A stretch of DNA of 63,461 nucleotides, filler included, from Caldilineae bacterium (GTDB lineage Bacteria; Chloroflexota; Anaerolineae; DTLA01), in assembly GCA_037446815.1 (NCBI GenBank). It is 5 parts of 5 records of this genome, joined end to end, with 100 filler letters (N's around TTAATTAATTAA, not from the genome) between each part and the next. Parts side by side here need not be neighbours in the genome. Positions count along the whole stretch, not along the records: positions 38,502 to 50,945 come from JBBIHX010000077.1; positions 51,046 to 63,461 come from JBBIHX010000078.1; 3 more parts are not named here. The stretch is one strand, 5' to 3'. A program made the translations under genes and the position numbers. The stretch's first letter is position 1; each line of letters opens with the position of its first letter. Shown one piece after another: positions 48,305 to 56,742 of the stretch. Below the pieces are notes generated by a model. The model was not told the DNA's origin, ran no database searches, and saw nothing but the letters and a program-made list of their open reading frames with translations.

Positions 48305-49834
48305 ATGGATACCATGCGGTTCTCTCGGCTTTGCAGCGCATTGCCCGACCGCGCACAGACTCAGGGCGACGACCCTGATGTGCTGGCCATAGACACCGAT
48401 TCGCGCAAGGTTCAGCGCGGGAGCCTGTTTGTCGCCATCCCCGGCGTGGAGGTGGACGGCCACCGGTTCATACCCCAGGCAGTGGAGCGAGGCGCGGTGG
48501 CCATCGTGTTCTCCGATGCCCGATGGGCCGAGGCGCTGCGACAGTGGCCGCAGGTGGCGGCCGTGCGCGTGCGCGATAGCCGCGAGGCGCTGGCCTACCT
48601 GTCGGCGGCGTGGCACGGGTTCCCCGCCCGCTCGCTCCGCGTCATCGGCGTTACCGGCACCGACGGCAAGACCACCACCGTGAACCTCATCGCGGCCATC
48701 CTGTCGGCAGCAGGCATCCCCACCAGCCTCATCAGCACCGTCAACGCGCGCATCGGCGACCGCGAGTACGACACCGGCCTGCACACCACCACGCCCGACG
48801 CCCCTGACGTGCAGCGGTATCTCGCCGAGATGGTGGCGGCGGGGAGCCGATACGCCGTCCTGGAGGCCACATCGCACGGGTTGGCGCAACACCGCGTTAC
48901 CGCATGCGAGTTTGATGTGGCCGTCGTAACCAACATCACCCACGAGCACCTGGATTATCACGGCAGTTACGAGGCGTACCGCGACGCGAAGGCGCGCCTC
49001 TTCTGGGCGCTGTCGCGGTCCCACCGGAAACCCGACATGCCCAAGGTCGCCATTCTGAACGCCGACGATTCGTCCTACGAGTTCCTGCGCCAAATCCCCG
49101 CCGACCTCCGCATGGCCTACAGCATCGGCGCCGACGCGGCAGATGTTCGCGCATCGGACGTGCTGCACTCGCCCCAGGGGCTACAGTTGCGGGCGGCAAC
49201 GCCTGCCGGGGATGTGGAAATCCGCTCGCCCCTGGTGGGCATGTACAACGTTCAGAACATCCTGGCCGCCGTCGCGACGGGGGTGTCGCTGGGCATCGGC
49301 CTGGACGCCATACGGCATGGCGTGGAGTCCCTGCGCGGGGTCAAGGGGCGCATGGAGATCATAGATGAGGGCCAGGATTTTGCTGCCATCGTGGATTTTG
49401 CCCACACGCCCAACGCGCTCCAGCGGGTGCTGGAGACGGCCAAGTCGCTGTACGCAGGCCGGGTCATCGTGGTGTTCGGCAGCGCGGGCCTGCGCGACCG
49501 ACAGAAGCGCGCGCTCATGGGGCACGTGGCCGGGCGGCTGGCCGACCGCATTGTGATCACAGCCGAGGACCCGCGCACCGAGGACCTGAACGCCATCATG
49601 GAGGAGATCGCGAAGGCGTGCCACGCCGAGGGCCGCGTGGAAGGGCGCGATTTCTGGCGCATCGGCGACCGCGCCCAGGCCATCCAGTTCGCCGTGGATA
49701 TGGCCGAGGCGGGCGACGTGGTCATCGCCGCCGGGAAGGGGCACGAGCAATCCATGTGCTTCGGCACAGTGGAGTACCCGTGGAGCGAGCACGAGGCCAT
49801 GCGCGCCGCGCTCCGCAAGCGCCTGGGCAAGTAG
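48305..49834 (+). CDS. murE: MurE Mur ligase
   Basis: DSRKV, GTDGKTT, TTP, EATSHG, TNITHEHLDYH, DFAHTP, AEDPR, AGKGHE. Confidence 0.93.
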   Translation: MDTMRFSRLCSALPDRAQTQGDDPDVLAIDTDSRKVQRGSLFVAIPGVEVDGHRFIPQAVERGAVAIVFSDARWAEALRQWPQVAAVRVRDSREALAYLSAAWHGFPARSLRVIGVTGTDGKTTTVNLIAAILSAAGIPTSLISTVNARIGDREYDTGLHTTTPDAPDVQRYLAEMVAAGSRYAVLEATSHGLAQHRVTACEFDVAVVTNITHEHLDYHGSYEAYRDAKARLFWALSRSHRKPDMPKVAILNADDSSYEFLRQIPADLRMAYSIGADAADVRASDVLHSPQGLQLRAATPAGDVEIRSPLVGMYNVQNILAAVATGVSLGIGLDAIRHGVESLRGVKGRMEIIDEGQDFAAIVDFAHTPNALQRVLETAKSLYAGRVIVVFGSAGLRDRQKRALMGHVAGRLADRIVITAEDPRTEDLNAIMEEIAKACHAEGRVEGRDFWRIGDRAQAIQFAVDMAEAGDVVIAAGKGHEQSMCFGTVEYPWSEHEAMRAALRKRLGK

Positions 49835-49859
49835 GCTCGGCCCGGGGGCCGCTCAGCGT

Positions 49860-50184
49860 GGGGCTAAAGCCGCCGCGCTGAGGGTGGCGCATCCCCAGTT
49901 CCCTCGCCCACCGGGAGAGGGCTAGGGTGAGGGCCACGTGGGGCTAAAGCCGCCGCGCTACTTGGCCAAAGCCCCTTCGTTCAGCCCGAGTCTACAGCCT
50001 TGGGCGTTCGGCGGGCACACCTCATCCCCGCCCCAATCCGCGCCATCCGCGTTATCCGTGGATGCAAGCCTGGAGATGCTTCGCCTTCGGCTCAGCGTGA
50101 CAACGGGATGGAGGGACAACGTGCGACGCACTTCGGAAGTGCGTCGCACGTTATCTATTCGCGTGGATTCGTGTTATTCGTGGA
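49860..50184. repeat. Mosaic REP-like cluster
   Basis: GGGCTAAAGCCGCCGCGCT twice, plus families A, C, D, E and F, mostly in reverse orientation. Confidence 0.8.
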
Positions 50185-50200
50185 TACGGCCGCGCGGCGT

Positions 50201-50249
50201 TTGACAAATCGCGCAGGCTGGTGTAGCATGGGCTTACCCACTGGGGGTA
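50201..50249 (+). promoter_or_regulatory. Promoter with CsoR-type operator
   Basis: TTGACA-17-TAGCAT followed by TACCCACTGGGGGTA (50235-50249). Confidence 0.75.
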
Positions 50250-50254
50250 TCCCT

Positions 50255-50536
50255 ATGCAAGACAGCGACAGCCTGGAACTCGTGGAACCGACGGGGTCTA
50301 CGCTCATCCGCCTGCGGCGCATTGAGGGGCAGATACGCGGCCTGCAGCGCATGGTGGAGGAGGGGCGCGATTGCGCCGCCACCCTCACCCAGTTGATGGC
50401 CGTCCGCGCCGCGCTGGACGCCGTGGGCCGCGCCATCGTCCGCGAGTACATGGATAGCTGCCTGGAATCGCCCGACACCGAAGAGGCGCGGGAGAAGATC
50501 GTCCGCATCGTGGAGTTGTTCCTCAAACTGGCCTAG
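50255..50536 (+). CDS. CsoR/RcnR-family repressor
   Basis: RLRRIEGQIRGLQRMVEEGRDC..L.QL.AVR.AL...C. Confidence 0.92.
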   Translation: MQDSDSLELVEPTGSTLIRLRRIEGQIRGLQRMVEEGRDCAATLTQLMAVRAALDAVGRAIVREYMDSCLESPDTEEAREKIVRIVELFLKLA

Positions 50537-50562
50537 CGCCACATTCTTTGGAGGTATGACAA

Positions 50563-50889
50563 ATGGGAGAAGTCATCCACTTGACCGACGCGAACTTTGA
50601 CAAGGAAGTTGTGCAGGCTTCACTGCCGACCCTGACGGACTTCTGGGCGGCGTGGTGCGGCCCCTGCAAGATGATCGCCCCGATCATTGAGCAACTGGCC
50701 CAGGAGTACGACGGCAAGATGAAGGTTACGAAACTGGACGTGGACCAGAACCCCACGCTGGCCACGCGGTTCGGGGTGATGAGCATCCCCACGCTGATTC
50801 TCTTCAAGAACGGCGAGCCGGTGGAGCGCATCGTCGGCTACATGCCCAAGGAGAAACTGCTGGAGCGGCTCAAACCGCACCTGGGATAG
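50563..50889 (+). CDS. trxA: Thioredoxin
   Basis: [17 protein letters not shown]. Confidence 0.96.
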   Translation: MGEVIHLTDANFDKEVVQASLPTLTDFWAAWCGPCKMIAPIIEQLAQEYDGKMKVTKLDVDQNPTLATRFGVMSIPTLILFKNGEPVERIVGYMPKEKLLERLKPHLG

Positions 50890-50907
50890 AATCCCTCACG
50901 GCTCCGC

Positions 50908-50943
50908 AGCACCCACGTCGGCCGGCGTGGGTGCTTTACTTTT
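50908..50943 (+). terminator. Intrinsic terminator
   Basis: AGCACCCACG-loop-CGTGGGTGCT followed by TTACTTTT. Confidence 0.75.
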
Positions 50944-50945
50944 CG

Positions 50946-51045
50946 NNNNNNNNNNNNNNNNNNNNNNNNNNNNNNNNNNNNNNNNNNNNTTAATTAATTA
51001 ANNNNNNNNNNNNNNNNNNNNNNNNNNNNNNNNNNNNNNNNNNNN
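50946..51045. other. Artificial contig linker
   Basis: N-run, TTAATTAATTAA, N-run. Confidence 0.99.
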
Positions 51046-53446
51046 TGCCCTGCCTCCCATCCAGAATCTCCATGGCCTTCTCGTCCGTCAAGGGCGGATT
51101 TGCAGCTTCTTCTCTGACGAGAGCATTGCCCAGGCGGACGAGACGCCGCGGAGCGTCCTCATGCTTCAGCGCCGCCTCCAAAAGTGAGCGCCCAACTCTG
51201 TCCGTTACCCGGGGAAACAGGCTGTTGATCCCCTCTGCAGCCCCTGCCGCGGTCAGCCTGTGTTCTAGCATTTCTCCCAATTGCTTTTCATCCCATGTCA
51301 GTTGCTCCACCTGTATGCCCTCTGGCGACTCGCCCTTGTCCACGCTCCCGACGGGCGCGAACACCTTCACGTACACGTTGACCTTGGCAAGCGCGCCCAT
51401 CAAGGCGACAAGTGCCCGTACCACCAGCCCAGCCTCTTCCTCTGCATCAGGGACAATCTCCCAACAAACATACTGCTGCTCAAACCGACCAAGGTGGGCG
51501 TCGCGAACAAGGCTGAGCAACTCGCCTTCCTCCGTGAACCGTGGTATCCGAAGGCCGCGCGCCAAGGCCCGCATCTCTTCGCCGACTTCCCTGGCTACGC
51601 CAGTTCGCACACCAAGTCCCTGGAGATACACGTCCACATCCCCGATGGACTCCCTGTGCATACGGAAGAGTCGCGCCAGGGCCTGGCGTTGCAGAAAGGA
51701 TGCGTCCACGCAGAAGAGGCGGGGATCCTGTGCGATAACGGCCAGATGGGTTCGCACTATGGCCAGCGTCAGCGCCCTCCACACGGCTTGGCTGAGATCC
51801 GTCGCCGGTAATGGCGCCGACCACACCACCGGCACAGCAAGCCTTTCGGGTTGGCCTCCCGGCGGCGCAATCACCCCATCGTACCGGGGAGTTGGGTACA
51901 TGCCGCAGGAATTCATCAGATACAGGCGCGCCCCTGTCAGGCCGCTGCCCCGCGCGCCCAAGACGACGAGCGGTTGCGGCTTCTCTATCGCCTCCCAATG
52001 GAGGGGCGGCACCGCTTTCTCCAAGAAATTTGGGTCTTCTTCAGCCTTCTCCGACCCAAACGGGTTGAATTTCAAGCCCCTACCTTTGAGCCAGTTGACA
52101 ACCGCAGGAGGATCGTAGGCCGAGGTCGGCTTACGCAGGGCTTCGCACATTCTACACACCGCATCAAAGAGCCTCAGAAGGCTCTCGTCCTTCCACTGTT
52201 CCTTGCCTCTGAGCTCCTGAAGGCGAGCAAAGTCGGTGCACTCGCCGGTGGTGCGGATATGCTCCAGTTGGGCCCACCGGACGCGCTCCAGCGTCTGTTG
52301 CAACTCGGCCCTGGCGCTGGGGTCCGCGCCATACTGCTGTTGGGCTTTCTCCAGCAGGGATTCGGCCTCGCGCACCAGCCGATCTCGCTCGCCTCGGTCG
52401 CGTGTACGTTCAAACTGCTCCACCAGCCTCCTGGGCTCCTGAAAGGCCTTCGCTTTCCTCTCCTCTTCTTCGCGCTGCCGTTGTTTCTCTCTTTCCTCTT
52501 CGTCGCGCTGCCACCACCAGATGCCGAGGTTCACAATCGCGCCCGCGAGGAAGATCAGGGGTGTGGTTGGGCCGAGAACTACATTACGGAAGCGACGCGC
52601 CCACGCGCTCCGAGCATCCTCCAAGGTGAACTCCAGTTCCCTGTGGCCCGAATCCCTCAGCAGGTCCTCCCCTTTTTCGTTAAGCGCCTTAAGGGAGACG
52701 GTAATGGCGATGGGGAAGTCACGGCTGAACACCAGCGCCTGGCGGACGTACAGCGAGGCAGGCTCGTTTTGCGGGCTGCCCCAACGCACCTGGACGCTTG
52801 GCGCGACAGGAATCCCGTCCTTGTTAGTAAACTCTATGACGTCCGCGATACCAGGGTCAAACTCTACCGTAAGCGTGAGCGCTCGCGACGGCGCTGCCGG
52901 TGCTTCCGGCTGCGGACTGCCCAAGGGCGATGGCGTAGCTTCCTTACTCGGCGCGGGCGGCCAGACATACACGGAGATGGGCCAGCCGGGGCTATCCGAA
53001 GGCTCCCTGGGAATCGTACGCGGGTACGAGATTCGGATTTGTGCTCCTGACGCGACGGGCGAATCAGGGATCGCAAAGTCCTCGGTGAGGCGCCGTTCCA
53101 CATCGTCCACATTGGCTTGGTGAGCGACGCTCGCTGCATAGAACACGGCCGAGGTAACCAGCATGCATCCCAAGAACCAACCGGGCGGCAGGAACCGGCC
53201 CAGTTGCAAAACGGCGAACGCAAGCAGGGCCGCGATCACCACCGCGACAAGATCTGGGGGCCATGCCAGAGGCTCGCCGAGCAGGGCAACGGCGACCGCA
53301 GTCAACACTGATAACCCCAGCAGGATAGCCGAGTCTAGGTGGCTGCGGCAGTACATTCTCAGCCTGCTCAGGGTGCCCCGAATGGGATCGCGCTCAGGAG
53401 ACCCCGGCAGCCCCGGCCCAGGTGCGCTTTCTCGTCCGTCGGACAT
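51046..53446 (-). CDS. Membrane protein with extracellular domain, coiled coil and degenerate P-loop NTPase domain; 3' end truncated
   Basis: 3+1 TMs; FNPFGSEKAEED; VVLGARGSGLT (Walker A lacking Lys). Confidence 0.6.
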
Positions 53447-53554
53447 GGTCCAACCTCCATCCGCTGGCGAAAACTTGCCAGCGATCAAACTATAGCAGAC
53501 GCTTTGCGAATGGGCAAGCGCTACAAATACTGCTATCGTGCCGCAATCCCAAAT

Positions 53555-53593
53555 TTGACAAGTCCGGCATTTCGTGATAGAACATATGTGCTA
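53555..53593 (+). promoter_or_regulatory. Promoter overlapped by a probable LexA box
   Basis: TTGACA-17-TAGAAC; TAGAACATATGTGCTA matches GAAC-N4-GTTC with one mismatch. Confidence 0.6.
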
Positions 53594-53652
53594 TCCAGCC
53601 CGAGTGTACGGTCTAGAGTGCCGGATGACGAAGTAAAGAAGGGGGATTGATT

Positions 53653-53904
53653 GTGAGCCCGACAGGAATACGCCATGAAGCGTTCTTCCGCGATGACATC
53701 AGGAATGTTCTCCGCTCCATTGAGAGCGCAAATGCGTGTTTGGCTGAGCATGTGCCAACCTCCGAGGTGGCCATCTACAGGGCCGGCTTCACCGCTGCTC
53801 TCCAGGCGGTGGCCTTGGCGTTTGACGTGCGCCTGGATCTGCCCACTCCGAAGCGCGCCGCAGCGCTTCTGAGCGTCGTTCAACTCGCGTCGCAAGAGGA
53901 TTGA
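53653..53904 (+). CDS. Small hypothetical protein
   Basis: Purine-rich SD, helical 83-aa ORF (FFRDDIRNVL...YRAGFTAALQAVALAF) behind a clear promoter. Confidence 0.65.
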   Translation: MSPTGIRHEAFFRDDIRNVLRSIESANACLAEHVPTSEVAIYRAGFTAALQAVALAFDVRLDLPTPKRAAALLSVVQLASQED

Positions 53905-53916
53905 ATTCGCCGGATG

Positions 53917-54978
53917 TCAGCGGATTAGACCGGCAGACTTCTTGAGCGTGATTAGCACTTCGTTGATATCCGGCTCCAGTACAAGGCCCTCCGGAATGCT
54001 CTTGCTCATGCGCTCAATTGCCCTGCACCAGGCTTCTCTGTACACAGCATCATTGGACAATCCCCGGCCTGCAGCAGCGGCCAGAGCGTCCGCCATCGTC
54101 GTTACCCACTGGGCCAGCGACCGGGCCCTCGCGTTTTGCGTCTTCTGTTCCTGCCCTGCGACCCATGATTCGGTCGTTGCATCGGTAACTTCGTCAGTGA
54201 GACGCAGGCTCTCCACCCGCAGTTGGTCAAGCAGGATGCCCCAGGGCTCAACGCGAGCGCGGGCAAGCGACAAGATCGCCTCCCCCAACTCGTCCTGATT
54301 CGGTAGTTTCATGAGATGTGCCAGTTTTCTTGCCCGAACCACATCTCGCACGCTCCTTTCAATGGCGCTTCGCACTGCCTGCTGCCAGTCTGGCATCCGT
54401 TGGTCTATGTTCTGCAGAATGCCCTTCTCGCCGCCGGTGATCTTCTTCAGCCCCAACTTGGCCGGCCGTGAGATGGCAATGGAATATGTGGTGGACAGAT
54501 TCACGGTCGTGAGCAGACCGTCAGCCGTTAGCACACCGCGGAATGTCAGGGACTCCTGCCGCGGGCGCAGATCATAGATGCGCTTGACGAACTCAAACGC
54601 CCCTGTCTTGAATATCTCGGGGCCCCGGATCCCTGTCTGCTGCGCGCCTCGTTCCAACACCACAGCATTGTACGGCGCGACGATCACCAGTCGCGGCCCC
54701 AGCACGGGCCCTGCAGCGCCTTTGGGCAGGGTCGTGGTGCCGTCTTCAATCTTCTGGAATCCACGGGTAGTCCCCATCATGGCGCTCCAATGGAATCGGA
54801 TTGCCGTGCGGGCGCTTCCGTAGAATTCCTGATATGCGAGGGCAGACAAGACGAACGCTATGACGGCCATGGCAAGCGCACAGGCGCCCGCCCATGGGCC
54901 GAAGTCGTAGACCATCAGCGCGAGAAGCGCCACGAACAGCAAGACTGTCGCCACCGGTCTCAGTCGGAAACGCAACAT
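53917..54978 (-). CDS. SPFH/band-7 domain membrane protein
   Basis: Two N-terminal TMs; YDLRPRQ, VLTADG, VRDVV, PWGILLDQLRVE; SD GGAGG. Confidence 0.7.
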   Translation of the reverse strand: MLRFRLRPVATVLLFVALLALMVYDFGPWAGACALAMAVIAFVLSALAYQEFYGSARTAIRFHWSAMMGTTRGFQKIEDGTTTLPKGAAGPVLGPRLVIVAPYNAVVLERGAQQTGIRGPEIFKTGAFEFVKRIYDLRPRQESLTFRGVLTADGLLTTVNLSTTYSIAISRPAKLGLKKITGGEKGILQNIDQRMPDWQQAVRSAIERSVRDVVRARKLAHLMKLPNQDELGEAILSLARARVEPWGILLDQLRVESLRLTDEVTDATTESWVAGQEQKTQNARARSLAQWVTTMADALAAAAGRGLSNDAVYREAWCRAIERMSKSIPEGLVLEPDINEVLITLKKSAGLIR

Positions 54979-55413
54979 AGCAACCCCTCCTGTATCGGTG
55001 CCCACACCGGAGGCTTGCGCCCTGCGCCGACGATGAGTGCAACGTTCCCCGCTAGCCTTCGGCTCCAGACGAGATTGACACGGTTCAGACCGATCGCCAC
55101 GCCAAACGTGCCGCGTGTGAGTTATATCTCAGACCAGTCGTGCTCCGCGCCCGCGGCCCGCGAGCGTGTTTCGCAGCAACGGCCGCTGCGGGCCATCGGC
55201 CGATGCCCGGCCCCCACCTCTGTCGGCATGATCGTGTGCCATCTTGCCAACGGAAGAAGGCGCCTCCCCAACCGCCTGTTCAAGGTTCCCCGTGTTGGAC
55301 AAGTAACAGCAACTGCCGCGTGCTAATGACCAATGATACCACGACTTCTTCAACCGTCAAGCCGCGAAGCCAGGTTCTGGCTGGCAGCGTATCCTTTTCG
55401 GTGGAAATAACCC

Positions 55414-55455
55414 TTGACACCGCGCGAATTCCGTGCTATAATTAACACGCGTTAG
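55414..55455 (+). promoter_or_regulatory. Consensus promoter with LacI-type operator
   Basis: TTGACA-17-TATAAT followed by near-palindrome TAACACGCGTTA (55443-55454). Confidence 0.8.
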
Positions 55456-55491
55456 TAACACGGTTTAGCGTATGGAGGCAAGGAGGGCACC

Positions 55492-56532
55492 GTGGCTCGC
55501 CGACAGGTTACGAGCAAAGACGTCGCCGAACGTGCTGGCGTTTCGCGCACAACGGTTTCCTTCGTCCTCAACAACGTGCCAGGCGTCAAGATCACGGAGG
55601 AAACCCGACGTCGCGTGTGGGAAGCCGCCCGCGAACTGGACTACTACCCCACCTCCGCCGCCCGTTCGCTCGCCACCGGCAGGGCCGGCAGAATCGGCAT
55701 CATCCTCGCCGAGGGCCAAGACCCGCTCGCTGCCGACGCCTTCTGGCCCGGCCTTCTCCAAGGGGTAACAGCCGCCGCTCGCGGCAATGGCTATCGCATC
55801 ATCGTGCAGACGGCGGAAGATGTACCGAGCCACGACGTCTTCCTGAGTCTAGTCCGCGAGCAAGAGGTGGACGGTCTCATCCTGTCCGGCCCCCGCTCCG
55901 ACGATCCCATCCTGCCGGAATTGGCCCGCGAGGGATTCCCCCTCGTCATCCATGGCCACCTGCCCGAATTGCCCTTCCCGTGCGTGGACGTGGACAACCG
56001 TTCCGGCGCGCGCAGGGCCGTCCAGCATCTCATCAGCCTGGGGCACCGACGGATTGGCTTCATCTCCAATGCCCCCCTCGCCCACATGAGCGCCCGGGAA
56101 CGATTGGCTGGCTACCGGCAGGCGCTGGAAGAGAACGGCATTCCCTTTGACCCTGCTCTCGTTGCCGAGGCGAACTTCCTGCCCGAGACAGGCGAGCGCG
56201 CCATGAACCGCCTGCTCGCTATCGCGCCGCGCCCCACGGCCGTCTTCGCCGCGGGGGACGTGGTGGCCCTGGGCGCGGTACGCGCCATCCACGCCGCGCA
56301 ACTCGCCATTCCCGACGACATCGCCCTCGTGGGATTTGATGACCTGTTCTTCGCCGCCTATGTGAATCCGCCCATGACCACCATCCATGTCCCGGCCTAC
56401 GGCCTCGGGTGGACGGCGGCGATCGCGCTCATCGCCCTGATTGATGGCGATGCAGAGGTACCGTCGGTCATGCTGGATACCGAGTTGATCGTCCGCGAAT
56501 CCTGCGGCGCCAAACGGCAACGCGCGCTTTGA
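55492..56532 (+). CDS. LacI-family transcriptional regulator
   Basis: TSKDVAERAGVSRTTVSFVLN, VDVDN, LGHRRIG, VGFDD, IVRESCG. Confidence 0.96.
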   Translation: MARRQVTSKDVAERAGVSRTTVSFVLNNVPGVKITEETRRRVWEAARELDYYPTSAARSLATGRAGRIGIILAEGQDPLAADAFWPGLLQGVTAAARGNGYRIIVQTAEDVPSHDVFLSLVREQEVDGLILSGPRSDDPILPELAREGFPLVIHGHLPELPFPCVDVDNRSGARRAVQHLISLGHRRIGFISNAPLAHMSARERLAGYRQALEENGIPFDPALVAEANFLPETGERAMNRLLAIAPRPTAVFAAGDVVALGAVRAIHAAQLAIPDDIALVGFDDLFFAAYVNPPMTTIHVPAYGLGWTAAIALIALIDGDAEVPSVMLDTELIVRESCGAKRQRAL

Positions 56533-56742
56533 GAACCTTGCGCGATGCCGCGCGGCCACACGAACAACTCGTGCCGCAATGCAGACGCTTCACAGCCCAT
56601 ACGAAGAAAGGAGGTGATGCCGGCCAAGCCTACACACCGAACGCCGCTAGACATGCGAGCGGCCGCATGGCAGGCGAGACAAAGGCGCCTGCCCCGTCTG
56701 CAGTTGGATCCTGGAGCGTATCCACCATAAGGAGGACAAGAA

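Noticed and set aside
12880..51045. TTAATTAATTAA motif repeated four times at ~12.5-kb spacing
   Set aside because: All-frame-stop linker inside N-runs joining contigs of decreasing length; ORFs ending in ...LIN are artefacts.
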